Source: Eubacteriales bacterium (GTDB taxonomy: Bacteria; Bacillota; Clostridia; Oscillospirales; CAG-272). Taken from it: a stretch of 64,000 nucleotides of DNA. The notes under the pieces were generated by a model. The model was given only the letters and a program-made list of their open reading frames with translations, made no database searches and was not told where the DNA came from. Position numbers and translations under genes: made by a program. The stretch covers positions 6,973 through 70,972 of the forward strand of contig JAZORZ010000042.1 in NCBI GenBank assembly GCA_045656885.1, written 5' to 3'. Positions within the stretch are counted from its first letter, which is position 1; every line of letters begins with the position of its first letter. This document shows positions 48,087 through 57,026 of this stretch, piece by piece.

Positions 48087-48677
48087 ATGAAAGCTTTTTT
48101 CAAAAATCATTCCTATGATATCATAACAATGCTCTTGCACCAGCTTGCCATCTCCGTATTCGGTTTTTCACTGGTGTTGGCGGCAATGAAAATGGATAAT
48201 GACATTCTGCGTAACGGAACCAGTATCTTTTCTATCATTTTTTATCTTTTCCTTATTTACATGAAGGCGTGGGATATTGGATACAGAGATAAAATTGCGG
48301 TAGAGCAGGGCAAAAAGACAAGCAACCCACTGCGCGGCGCGATCATTTCCTTGTGCGCAAATGCCATTAACTACGTTTTTGCAATTTTCATTCTTTTGCG
48401 TGCGGTGCTCCCCACAGTAGCGCTTTTTGATTCTCTTGGTGGCATTTCTCAAGCACTCGCCATGTTTACACACGGCATGTACGCAGGTATTTTGGTCAAT
48501 CCCATAGGCGGCGCACCCTTTAACTCGTATTGGTTTGCATATTTCCTGACTCCCATTCCCGCAATTTTGATTTGCGGCATAGCTTATTATTTCGGCTTGC
48601 ACGATGTTAAGCATACCGCGTTCTTTCGCAAAAACGAATATCCTGAAAGTGACCGCGAGCCCAAAAGAAAGGACTAA
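48087..48677 (+). CDS. Hypothetical multi-pass membrane protein
   Basis: About 196 aa with 5 predicted TM helices. The ATG at 48087 lies 7 nt after GAGG. No known motif. Confidence 0.6.
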   Translation: MKAFFKNHSYDIITMLLHQLAISVFGFSLVLAAMKMDNDILRNGTSIFSIIFYLFLIYMKAWDIGYRDKIAVEQGKKTSNPLRGAIISLCANAINYVFAIFILLRAVLPTVALFDSLGGISQALAMFTHGMYAGILVNPIGGAPFNSYWFAYFLTPIPAILICGIAYYFGLHDVKHTAFFRKNEYPESDREPKRKD

Positions 48678-48680
48678 TTT

Positions 48681-49310
48681 ATGATAGAGAACCTTATTTT
48701 CGACCTTGACGGCACCATTGTCAATTCCTATCCGCATTTTGTAACGTCTTTTATTGCCGCGTGCGAGAAAAACGGTATCGATGTACCCTATGACCGAGAA
48801 ACGGTTTATAAAATGCTCAAGATCACCGTTCCCGATGCATATAAGAAATTGGACGTTGAACATAAGACGACCTATGAAAAGTTCTACGCCGATTACGTTG
48901 CCATTTACTCCGAGCATTACACTGAGCAACCGGGATATGCCGAGACCATTGACCTCATTAAGCGTGCGAAAGCGGCAGGCAAAAAGAACTTCATTTATAC
49001 CCATACAGGACCGATTGCAAAAGAGGTTCTTGCAAACATCGGCATCTTGGAGTATTTTGAGTTTGTGCTCGATGCATCTTATCCGTTCCCGATGAAGCCC
49101 GCACCCGATGCACTCTTATTTTTGGCAAAGCACTGCGGACTTGAACCCAAAGAGTGCCTCATGATCGGTGACCGCCCAATTGACGCACTTGCCGGTATGA
49201 ATGCCGGAATGATCGGCTTTTTATGGGATGAAGAAAACCTTTTCCACGATGTAAAGATTGACTATCATTGCAAAGACATCACCGAGGTTGCCAAGATAGT
49301 TGGCATATAA
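48681..49310 (+). CDS. HAD-superfamily hydrolase (phosphoglycolate phosphatase-like)
   Basis: Has motif I FDLDGTIV and motif IV GDRPIDALAG. Confidence 0.85.
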   Translation: MIENLIFDLDGTIVNSYPHFVTSFIAACEKNGIDVPYDRETVYKMLKITVPDAYKKLDVEHKTTYEKFYADYVAIYSEHYTEQPGYAETIDLIKRAKAAGKKNFIYTHTGPIAKEVLANIGILEYFEFVLDASYPFPMKPAPDALLFLAKHCGLEPKECLMIGDRPIDALAGMNAGMIGFLWDEENLFHDVKIDYHCKDITEVAKIVGI

Positions 49311-49312
49311 AA

Positions 49313-49346
49313 GAGAAGGACAGAGATTAAAATCTCTGTCCTTTTG
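49313..49346. terminator. Bidirectional terminator
   Basis: Stem aggacagagat/atctctgtcct followed by TTTT. Confidence 0.8.
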
Positions 49347-49347
49347 C

Positions 49348-49848
49348 TTATTTTTGTTTGGAGTTGAGAAGTTTTTTACATTCTCCCCAAGAGCCGTCTA
49401 TAAAGGCATCTTTATAGAGACGGAAAGCGATGTTATCATTAAAAAGAATCAACACTACATTTCCTTTTTCTATCACTTTTTTGATGTTGTGATATTGAAG
49501 TTTATTGACAGTAGTATGGTCAGTGACAACAATTTCATCTTCCAAAAATTCGATTGTTCTTAACCATTCGCCAACACCGTATGTTCTTGCAAACATTTTA
49601 TAGCGTTTTGCAGTATAAACAAATCTTCCAAAAAAGAGTTTATAAGTAGCGAGGAAGAGAAACAAAAACGCCAGAAGCCAATTAAGCGCATCTCCGCCCA
49701 CAAGATAACTTGACAGCAGGAGAATTAAGCCGCACAGGGCAACTATCGACCAAAGAATTGCCAGTATGATGTCACGTACTCTTACAAGATAGAATTCTTT
49801 TGCCCAAGACATCATCAGTTCTTTTGTTATCTTGTGCTCATTCTTCAT
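49348..49848 (-). CDS. YcxB-like membrane-associated protein
   Basis: 166 aa with two central TM helices and a C-terminal bPH-like segment. About 36% GC. Confidence 0.55.
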   Translation of the reverse strand: MKNEHKITKELMMSWAKEFYLVRVRDIILAILWSIVALCGLILLLSSYLVGGDALNWLLAFLFLFLATYKLFFGRFVYTAKRYKMFARTYGVGEWLRTIEFLEDEIVVTDHTTVNKLQYHNIKKVIEKGNVVLILFNDNIAFRLYKDAFIDGSWGECKKLLNSKQK

Positions 49849-49909
49849 AGGGGGACTCCTTTCAGCAATTTATTATTCACATCACAGATGGGCGTTTGTT
49901 AGGTAAGTT

Positions 49910-50395
49910 TTAGTGTAACTCTCGTTCTAAATATCCGCAGGTAAAAGGGAAGAAATCAAATTTTTGTGTTCCTGTGTGTGTGAAGCCAAATTTCTCATAC
50001 CATTTTCTCAATCGTTGATTGTCTTCAACGATTCCAATGTTCATTTTAGAACAACCAAGGGCTTTGGCGGTTTCAAAAGAATGAAGCAAGAGTTTCTCGC
50101 CTATTTTTTGATGTCTGAACTCCGGTAATACACACAAATTGTTCAGTTCGCATTGATTATTCGCTTGCAGCGCCAAGGAATAATAACCGATTATTTTTTC
50201 GTTATCGATAAACGCAAACATCGGTCTCTTTTCGTTTTCAAAATGCCAGTGTAAGCGTTCAATAGTTGTGGCAAAAGCGGTGAAGCGGGGAGCATTTGCT
50301 ACGGTAAATCCAAATTCGTCGGCAACCGTTAAAAAACTGCTTTTGATGACGTCCACGCACTCTGCGAGATCGTTTTGGGTTACTTTTCTAATCAT
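49910..50395 (-). CDS. GNAT family N-acetyltransferase
   Basis: 161 aa. Has the acetyl-CoA motif region CVLPEFRHQKIGEKLL. Confidence 0.8.
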   Translation of the reverse strand: MIRKVTQNDLAECVDVIKSSFLTVADEFGFTVANAPRFTAFATTIERLHWHFENEKRPMFAFIDNEKIIGYYSLALQANNQCELNNLCVLPEFRHQKIGEKLLLHSFETAKALGCSKMNIGIVEDNQRLRKWYEKFGFTHTGTQKFDFFPFTCGYLERELH

Positions 50396-50401
50396 AATCG
50401 A

Positions 50402-51496
50402 TCAAACATTGAACCTAAAGAATACAATATCTCCATCCTGCATAACGTACTCTTTACCTTCGCTGCGGAGCACGCCTGCATCCTTTGCGGCGCTCATAGA
50501 GCCGTGCTTAACAAGGTCGTCGAAGGCAACGATTTCGGCGCGAATAAATCCGCGTTCGATATCCGAGTGGATTTTGCCTGCTGCCTTGGGGGCCTTGGTA
50601 CCCTTACGAATGGTCCAAGCACGGCATTCATCTGGGCCCGCGGTCAAGAAGCTGATAAGACCCAAGAGGGCATAGCTTGCTTTGATTAGGCGATCAAGTC
50701 CGCTTTCCTCAATGCCAAGGTCAGCGAGGAACATTTCCTTTTCTTCCGCGTCAAGCTGTGCAATTTCCGCCTCGATCTGGCAGCAAATAGGAATGATTTG
50801 GGAATGCTCGCTTGCGGCATATTCCTTGAGTGCTACATAAGCTTCATAATCATTGGGCTCGGTTGCGGCATAGTCCTCGTTTACGTTTGCCACGTAAATA
50901 ACGGGCTTGCGGGTCAAGAGGGGAGTATCAAAGAGACAAGCTTCTTCGTCTTCGGTCAACTCAACTGTGCGAGCGCACTTGCCATCGGCAAGAGCTGCCA
51001 TCAGCTTTTCATATACCGCCAAGTCAGCGGCATACTTCTTATCTGCTTTCATTGCCTTTTTGGTACGGTCGATACGACGCTCCAAAATTTCCATATCCGA
51101 GAAAATCAATTCAAGATTGATGGTTTCCAAATCGCGCATCGGGTTGATCTTGCCGTCAACGTGAATGATGTTGTCATCCTCAAAGCAACGAACAACGTGC
51201 AAAATAGCATCAACCTCGCGGATATTGCCAAGGAATTGGTTGCCAAGGCCTTCGCCCTTGGATGCACCCTTAACAAGGCCTGCAATGTCTACGAATTCGA
51301 TGACGGCGGGGGTGTACTTGTTGGGGTGATGCATATCGGCGAGAAAGTCAAGGCGCTTGTCGGGAACGGTTACCACTCCCACATTGGGTTCAATGGTGCA
51401 AAAAGGATAGTTTGCCGATTCCGCGCCTGCATTAGTCAGGGCATTAAAAAGCGTGCTCTTTCCCACGTTGGGAAGTCCCACGATACCAAGTTTCAT
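50402..51496 (-). CDS. ychF: Ribosome-binding ATPase YchF
   Basis: The start was set at 51496 behind AAAGGAG ([21 protein letters not shown]). A C-terminal TGS/YchF domain is present. Confidence 0.95.
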   Translation of the reverse strand: MKLGIVGLPNVGKSTLFNALTNAGAESANYPFCTIEPNVGVVTVPDKRLDFLADMHHPNKYTPAVIEFVDIAGLVKGASKGEGLGNQFLGNIREVDAILHVVRCFEDDNIIHVDGKINPMRDLETINLELIFSDMEILERRIDRTKKAMKADKKYAADLAVYEKLMAALADGKCARTVELTEDEEACLFDTPLLTRKPVIYVANVNEDYAATEPNDYEAYVALKEYAASEHSQIIPICCQIEAEIAQLDAEEKEMFLADLGIEESGLDRLIKASYALLGLISFLTAGPDECRAWTIRKGTKAPKAAGKIHSDIERGFIRAEIVAFDDLVKHGSMSAAKDAGVLRSEGKEYVMQDGDIVFFRFNV

Positions 51497-51530
51497 TTGT
51501 TTTGTGCTCCTTTGTCTTTTTATCTTAACT

Positions 51531-51559
51531 ATTATATCATAAAGACAACATTTTTGCAA
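51531..51559 (-). promoter_or_regulatory. Consensus sigma-A promoter for ychF
   Basis: On the minus strand, TTGCAA - 17 bp - TATAAT. Confidence 0.75.
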
Positions 51560-51612
51560 TAGCCGCACCGAAATTATTTTGGCAACTTTTTCATTTTTTC
51601 GATTGATCAGAA

Positions 51613-51686
51613 TGTTACAAAACTTTTACCAAACCAATAATTCGTGTTTATAATTCGGGCACGAAAAAATGTTAACAACTTTTAAT
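51613..51686 (+). promoter_or_regulatory. Two TGTWAH-N5-TKTWAH-like direct repeats (candidate OmpR/WalR-type binding sites)
   Basis: The repeats are TGTTAC-aaaac-TTTTAC (51613-29) and TGTTAA-caact-TTTAAT (51670-86), upstream of the regulator promoter. Confidence 0.3.
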
Positions 51687-51787
51687 GAATTTTGAACAAA
51701 AAAGCACCCGAATTTTCCACAAAATGACAAAAAAGATGTTATTTTGCACAAAAATCAAGAATATTCAAAAAAATGTTCAAAAACCAT

Positions 51788-51816
51788 TTGCAATTTATTC
51801 GATTTTATGTTATAAT
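51788..51816 (+). promoter_or_regulatory. Sigma-A promoter for response-regulator/htrA unit
   Basis: TTGCAA - 17 bp - TATAAT with an extended TG. Confidence 0.75.
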
Positions 51817-51946
51817 ATGGTTACAAGAAAAAATCACAGGAAATGAACAAATTGTTTCAAAATTCATACTTTTGTCACGATATCACCCCGCTTTTACTAT
51901 ATAATGTGTGTGATGAACCGATTCAGCGAAAAGGAGCACAATATCT

Positions 51947-52639
51947 ATGACCGACACCAAAATTCTTATCATCGACGATGATTCCAACGTAACCGAGGTA
52001 CTCAAGTCTTACTTTACCAACGAGGGTTACGACGTCAAGGTTGCTTCCGACGGTATGGAAGGCCTTAACTATTTCAAAATCTTTTCTCCCGACCTCGTTC
52101 TTTTGGACGTTATGCTTCCCAAAAAGGACGGTTGGCAGGTTTGCCGCGAGATCCGCGAAATTTCTTCCAAGCCCATCATTTTTGTTACCGCAAAGAGCGA
52201 TGCATTCGATACCGTTCTCGGTCTTGAACTCGGTGCTGACGACTTTGTAACCAAGCCGTTTGATATCAAGGTCCTTTCTGCTCGTGTAAAGGCAGTTTTG
52301 CGCCGTTGTCAGGCAAGCACCCGCCAAAGCGAGGAAGAGGTCATCAAGTTTGAAAATATTGAGATCAGCTTGCAAAAATACGAGCTGAAGCTCAACAATC
52401 ACTCCGTAGACATTCCTCCCAAGGAGTTGGAGCTTCTGTACTTCTTGGCGTCCAACTACAACCGCGTTTTCACACGCGACCAGCTTTTGGACAAGGTTTG
52501 GGGCTTTGACTATCTCGGTGACTCCCGTACCGTTGACGTACACGTTAAGCGCCTGCGCGAAAAGCTTGAGGGCGTTTCCGATAAATGGATCCTCAAAACC
52601 GTTTGGGGCGTTGGCTATAAGTTTGAGCTTTTGAACTGA
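51947..52639 (+). CDS. OmpR/PhoB-family response regulator (WalR/CssR-like), no adjacent kinase
   Basis: The receiver domain has DD (9-10), D54 (LLDVMLP), T (VTAK) and K (TKPF). The winged-helix domain contains VWGFDYLGDSRTVDVHVKRLREK. Confidence 0.9.
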   Translation: MTDTKILIIDDDSNVTEVLKSYFTNEGYDVKVASDGMEGLNYFKIFSPDLVLLDVMLPKKDGWQVCREIREISSKPIIFVTAKSDAFDTVLGLELGADDFVTKPFDIKVLSARVKAVLRRCQASTRQSEEEVIKFENIEISLQKYELKLNNHSVDIPPKELELLYFLASNYNRVFTRDQLLDKVWGFDYLGDSRTVDVHVKRLREKLEGVSDKWILKTVWGVGYKFELLN

Positions 52640-52677
52640 TCGATTACTTTTGGACGAATAAAATAGGAGATCGGTTT

Positions 52678-53859
52678 ATGAAAGAAAAAAATCAACAGCC
52701 CGATTTTGATCAGTCCTACGCCTTTTATTGGAACTATAATAATCAGCTTGCTATTGAACGCGATAAAAAGTTAAGAAGAACAAGACGTGCCTTGTGGACG
52801 TATGTAATTATTTTGACTCTTGTTTTTGCCGTTTCATTTGCATTGCTTGCAACAGCATTTTTGTGGTATATACAAAATACGGATAGAATTTCGGAAGAGC
52901 AGCCCTTACTGCCGCAACCGCAAGATGTTGTGAGCACAGCAGACGTGGTAGAACAGATCAAACCCTCTGTGGTGCTCATTGAAGTAGGGAGAAGTAACTC
53001 CTCGGGCAGCGGAACAGGATTTTTCCTTACATCAGACGGTTATATTGCAACCAACTGTCACGTAATTGAGGGGGCTCTTCAAATCCGCGTTACGCTCTAT
53101 GACGGTACTGTTGCGACTGCAAGCTTGGTCGGTTACCGTGCCGAGGATGATCTTGCAATCATCAAAATTGACGGTACTCAGTACACGCCTTTGGCACTGG
53201 GAGATTCTGATACTCTTAGAGCAGGCGACGTTGCCATTGCTGTTGGTCACCCCGGCGGTGCTGATGGCGGCTGGACAACAACAAAGGGTATTATTTCGGC
53301 AACGGACCGTATTCTTTCGGTAGAGGAACCCGCATATTTCAGCGAAATGAAAATGCTCCAAACCGATGCACAGGTCAACCCCGGCAACTCAGGTGGCCCT
53401 CTTTGCAACGAAAAAGGAGAGGTTATCGGTATTATTACACGCAAAATGAGTGACTACGAGGGTATGGGCTATGCCATTCCCATCACCGATGCAATGCGTA
53501 CCATTGATGCTATTCTGGACGGTAAGCTTGACGGCTTTGTATCAACAGTTTCCAAGTCCCGTCCCAAAATCGGTATTACGGGTTCTGAGATCACCAAGGG
53601 CGAAAAGTTTACGATTGACGACAGGCAATATACCGCACCTGTCCCCGGCTTTTTCGTGTTGGAAGTAGCTACAAACAGCGGTGCTTACGGAAAAATTGAA
53701 ATCGGCGACATTATTTGCTCACTCAACGGTGTTACCGTTACAGATTTTGATAGCTTCAAAAACGAGCTCTATAAGTGCTACGTTGGACAAAAGGTGACCT
53801 TTGAACTCTATCGCAGAGGTCAAAAAATGACAGTACAAGTCACCGTTGGCGTATCATAA
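52678..53859 (+). CDS. htrA: HtrA/DegP-family serine protease with N-terminal TM anchor and C-terminal PDZ
   Basis: The catalytic triad context is TNCHV, DDLAIIK and GNSGGPL. A PDZ-like C-terminus is present. Confidence 0.88.
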   Translation: MKEKNQQPDFDQSYAFYWNYNNQLAIERDKKLRRTRRALWTYVIILTLVFAVSFALLATAFLWYIQNTDRISEEQPLLPQPQDVVSTADVVEQIKPSVVLIEVGRSNSSGSGTGFFLTSDGYIATNCHVIEGALQIRVTLYDGTVATASLVGYRAEDDLAIIKIDGTQYTPLALGDSDTLRAGDVAIAVGHPGGADGGWTTTKGIISATDRILSVEEPAYFSEMKMLQTDAQVNPGNSGGPLCNEKGEVIGIITRKMSDYEGMGYAIPITDAMRTIDAILDGKLDGFVSTVSKSRPKIGITGSEITKGEKFTIDDRQYTAPVPGFFVLEVATNSGAYGKIEIGDIICSLNGVTVTDFDSFKNELYKCYVGQKVTFELYRRGQKMTVQVTVGVS

Positions 53860-53863
53860 AACA

Positions 53864-53902
53864 AAAAAGAGTGCAGAAATTTTATTTCTGCACTCTTTTT
53901 TT
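53864..53902 (+). terminator. Terminator after htrA
   Basis: 13-bp stem aagagtgcagaaa/tttctgcactctt followed by TTTTTT. Confidence 0.85.
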
Positions 53903-53912
53903 CGTATAAACC

Positions 53913-53941
53913 TTGACGAATTGAGCTTTTTTGTTTATAAT
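53913..53941 (+). promoter_or_regulatory. Sigma-A promoter for proBAC
   Basis: TTGACG - 17 bp - TATAAT. Confidence 0.7.
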
Positions 53942-53973
53942 GTAAAAAAACTTACAGAAGGAGACTTGAAACA

Positions 53974-54741
53974 ATGAGAGTGGTAGTGAAAATCGGTACG
54001 TCAACGTTGGCACACGCAAGCGGACGCCTTAATATTCGCCGCGTAGAGGAGCTTTGCAAGGTGCTCAGCGACCTCAAAAACAGCGGCTATGAGATCATTC
54101 TTGTTTCGTCGGGTGCTATTGGAATGGGCGTGGGTAAACTTTCTCTGAAACAAAAGCCCCAAGATATTCCTACCAAGCAGGCGGCGGCAGCCGTAGGGCA
54201 GTGTGAATTGATGTATACCTATGACCGTCTCTTTCAAAAGTATCATCATACCGTAGCACAAATTCTTTTAACAGGTGCAGACTTCAAGCATGACGACCGT
54301 TACCACAACTTCCAAAACACGCTCGGTCGGCTTTTGGAGCTTGAGGTTTTGCCTATCATCAACGAAAACGATACCATTGCCACCGATGAGATCAAGGTGG
54401 GCGATAACGATACGCTCTCGGCTATGGTTGCCGCAAGCGTTGGGGCGGACTGCCTTATTCTGCTCTCCGACATTGACGGACTTTACACGGCAGATCCGCA
54501 CAAGTGTACCGATGCAAAGCTGATCCACAAGGTCGATGAGCTCACCCCCGAGATCATGGCACTGGCAGGCGATGCGGGATCGGATCTCGGTACGGGGGGA
54601 ATGAAGACCAAGCTCCACGCCGCCGAGCTTTGCCGCGACGCGGGCTGTGAAATGGTTATTCTCAATGGTGCTGAGCCCAACCTTTTGTATGACCTTTTTG
54701 AGGGCAAAGAGGTTGGAACGCGCTTTTTTGCAAAGGAGTAA
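53974..54741 (+). CDS. proB: Glutamate 5-kinase (short form without PUA domain)
   Basis: Begins VVKIGTSTL and contains VSSGAIG and GGMKTKL motifs. 255 aa. Confidence 0.93.
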   Translation: MRVVVKIGTSTLAHASGRLNIRRVEELCKVLSDLKNSGYEIILVSSGAIGMGVGKLSLKQKPQDIPTKQAAAAVGQCELMYTYDRLFQKYHHTVAQILLTGADFKHDDRYHNFQNTLGRLLELEVLPIINENDTIATDEIKVGDNDTLSAMVAASVGADCLILLSDIDGLYTADPHKCTDAKLIHKVDELTPEIMALAGDAGSDLGTGGMKTKLHAAELCRDAGCEMVILNGAEPNLLYDLFEGKEVGTRFFAKE

Positions 54742-54746
54742 CGGCT

Positions 54747-56003
54747 ATGACGACACTTGAAATTTTGCAAGGCGCAAAAAAAGCCACACGCGCGCTTTCG
54801 TTCCTTTCCACTGACCAAAAGAACCAAGCTCTGCTTGCAATGGCTGATGCCTTGGTTGCCGATACCGATGCCATTCTTTTGGCAAATGATGAGGATATTG
54901 AAGGCGTAAAAGGGATTATGAACGACGTGATGATCGACCGTCTCCGCTTAACAAAAGAGCGTATCATCGCTATGGCAGATGGTATTCGCGATGTTGTAAA
55001 GTTGCCCGATCCCGTAGGTAAAATCACAAATCAATTCACCCGTCCCAACGGCATTGAGGTCAGCAAGATTCGTGTGCCGATGGGTGTGGTTGCCATTATT
55101 TACGAGAGTCGCCCCAACGTTACGTCCGATGCCGCGGCATTAGCACTCAAGAGTGGAAACGTCTGTGTTTTGCGTGGCGGAAAAGAGGCATACCGTTCCT
55201 CAACCGCAATCGTAAAAGCACTCCAAAAGGGGCTTTTTAACCTGAATTTACCCACAACCTTTGTCAATATTTTAGAGGACACCACTCGCGCAGGGGCAAA
55301 TGAACTCATGACTGCTGTCGACTACGTTGACTTGCTCATTCCGCGTGGCGGTGCAGGACTGATTCGCGCTTGCGTGGAGAATGCCAAAGTGCCTTGCATT
55401 CAAACGGGAACAGGCATTTGCCACGTTTATGTGGATGGTGAAGCAGACCTCGATATGGCACTGAACATCATCGAAAATGCCAAAACATCGCGCCCCTCTG
55501 TTTGCAATGCCGAGGAGGTTTGTCTTGTGTCTCGCGCGATTGCAAAAGACTTTTTACCGCGCTTGAAGGAGCGTCTTGTGGATGCGCGTATTCGCGATGG
55601 CAAAACGCCCGTAGAGCTTCGCGTAGATGCCGAAGCAGGGGAGATCATTGAAGGAACTCCTGCATCCGATGCTGACTTTGACACCGAATTTCTCAACTAC
55701 ATCCTCGCAGTTGGTGTGGTTGAGGACGTGAGAGAAGCAGTTGAGCATATTGCGCTTCATTCCACGCATCACAGTGATGCGATTATCACGAAGAACGAAA
55801 AAAATGCCGCATATTTTACGGCGGCGGTTGACAGTGCCGCGGTTTACGTCAACGCATCCACGCGCTTTACCGATGGCGGCGAGTTTGGTCTTGGATGCGA
55901 GATCGGTATTTCCACCCAAAAGCTCCATGCGCGCGGTCCGATGGGGCTTGAGGAGCTCACCACCTACAAATACGTCATCAACGGAAGCGGACAGATCCGC
56001 TGA
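54747..56003 (+). CDS. proA: Glutamate-5-semialdehyde dehydrogenase
   Basis: 418 aa with catalytic Cys context VCNAEE and a conserved C-terminus [13 protein letters not shown]. Confidence 0.95.
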   Translation: MTTLEILQGAKKATRALSFLSTDQKNQALLAMADALVADTDAILLANDEDIEGVKGIMNDVMIDRLRLTKERIIAMADGIRDVVKLPDPVGKITNQFTRPNGIEVSKIRVPMGVVAIIYESRPNVTSDAAALALKSGNVCVLRGGKEAYRSSTAIVKALQKGLFNLNLPTTFVNILEDTTRAGANELMTAVDYVDLLIPRGGAGLIRACVENAKVPCIQTGTGICHVYVDGEADLDMALNIIENAKTSRPSVCNAEEVCLVSRAIAKDFLPRLKERLVDARIRDGKTPVELRVDAEAGEIIEGTPASDADFDTEFLNYILAVGVVEDVREAVEHIALHSTHHSDAIITKNEKNAAYFTAAVDSAAVYVNASTRFTDGGEFGLGCEIGISTQKLHARGPMGLEELTTYKYVINGSGQIR

Positions 56004-56019
56004 CGGGGAAGGAGTCATT

Positions 56020-56826
56020 ATGAAAATAAAATTTGGTTTTATCGGTTGCGGAAATATGGGCGGCGCATTGGTGCAAGCTGTTGTCAAGTCCGTAAACCCC
56101 TTTGAAATTGTACTTTGCGATGCGAATATCGAAAAATCCGCCGCGCTTGCCGAGTCTCTCGGTTGCGGTGTTGCACTTCTCGAACAAGTCGCCGAGAATT
56201 GCGAATATATCTTCCTTGGCGTCAAGCCGCAGGGCTTTGAGGGATTATTTGAGACGATTTTCCCCATTCTCAAAGCGAGAAATGACCGTTTTGTCCTCAT
56301 CAGCATGGCGGCAGGCATCAGCGTGTCGGCAATTGAGAAGATGTGCGGAATGAAAGCACCCGTCATTCGCATAATGCCCAACACGCCCGTGTCGGTAGGA
56401 GAGGGAATGATCCTCTATACTTCAAATGATGCCGTAACAAAGGCAGAAATTAACACCTTTTTGCACGCGCTCTCCAAGGCGGGCAAGCTCGATGAGATTG
56501 CCGAGGATAAGATCGATGCCGCAAGCGCACTTTCGGGATGTGGTCCCGCGTTTGTCTATCTGTTTGCTGAGGCACTTGCCGATGGCGCGGTAGAATGCGG
56601 ACTGGCGCGCGACAAGGCAAACCTTTATGCCGCGCAAACGCTTTTGGGAGCGGCAGAGCTGCTGCTCCAAAGCGGCAAGCACCCGGGCGAGCTCAAGGAC
56701 GCCGTATGCAGCCCCGGCGGCACGACCATCGCAGGCGTGCACGCACTTGAGGAAAACTCCTTCCGCTCCGCTGCAATGAGTGCCGTCACCGCGGCGTATG
56801 AAAAAACGTTGAAACTCAAAAAATAA
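56020..56826 (+). CDS. proC: Pyrroline-5-carboxylate reductase
   Basis: The start was set at the ATG at 56020 behind GGAAGGAG (MKIKFGFIGCGNMGGAL). Contains the SPGGTT motif. The track ORF start at 55741 overlaps proA. Confidence 0.92.
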   Translation: MKIKFGFIGCGNMGGALVQAVVKSVNPFEIVLCDANIEKSAALAESLGCGVALLEQVAENCEYIFLGVKPQGFEGLFETIFPILKARNDRFVLISMAAGISVSAIEKMCGMKAPVIRIMPNTPVSVGEGMILYTSNDAVTKAEINTFLHALSKAGKLDEIAEDKIDAASALSGCGPAFVYLFAEALADGAVECGLARDKANLYAAQTLLGAAELLLQSGKHPGELKDAVCSPGGTTIAGVHALEENSFRSAAMSAVTAAYEKTLKLKK

Positions 56827-56854
56827 AATTACTGCCACCGGGTAGTAGATGCAA

Positions 56855-56916
56855 AAAAGCATCCGTTTACACATCGTTAGGTCTTTGAAGATGTGTTTGC
56901 GGATGCTTCTTTTTTG
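56855..56916 (+). terminator. Long compound hairpin terminator after proC
   Basis: Outer stem aagcatccg/cggatgctt and inner stem acacatc/gatgtgt, followed by TTTTTT. Confidence 0.8.
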
Positions 56917-56989
56917 GAGGTATTTATGAAAAGCTATTTCAGTTGGCGGAAGATGGAAAAAAGGCAGCAGATGCAACGAAATTAATAAC

Positions 56990-57018
56990 AAAAAGCGGAG
57001 AAAAATTCTCCGCTTTTT
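56990..57018. terminator. Terminator after radA (bidirectional)
   Basis: Stem gcggaga/tctccgc flanked by AAAAA and TTTTT. Confidence 0.8.
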
Positions 57019-57026
57019 ATCCTTTA

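Noticed and set aside
53860-53973. Possible T-box or other leader upstream of proBAC
   Set aside because: The spacer holds only the htrA terminator, a promoter and about 30 nt of leader. There is no room for a T-box or riboswitch.
56926-56985. 19-codon micro-ORF (MKSYFSWRKMEKRQQMQRN) with a GGAGG RBS, lying between the proC and radA terminators
   Set aside because: It starts immediately after the proC terminator U-tract, and no promoter is visible. It is too short to evaluate by composition. It would only be worth revisiting if ribosome profiling shows occupancy.
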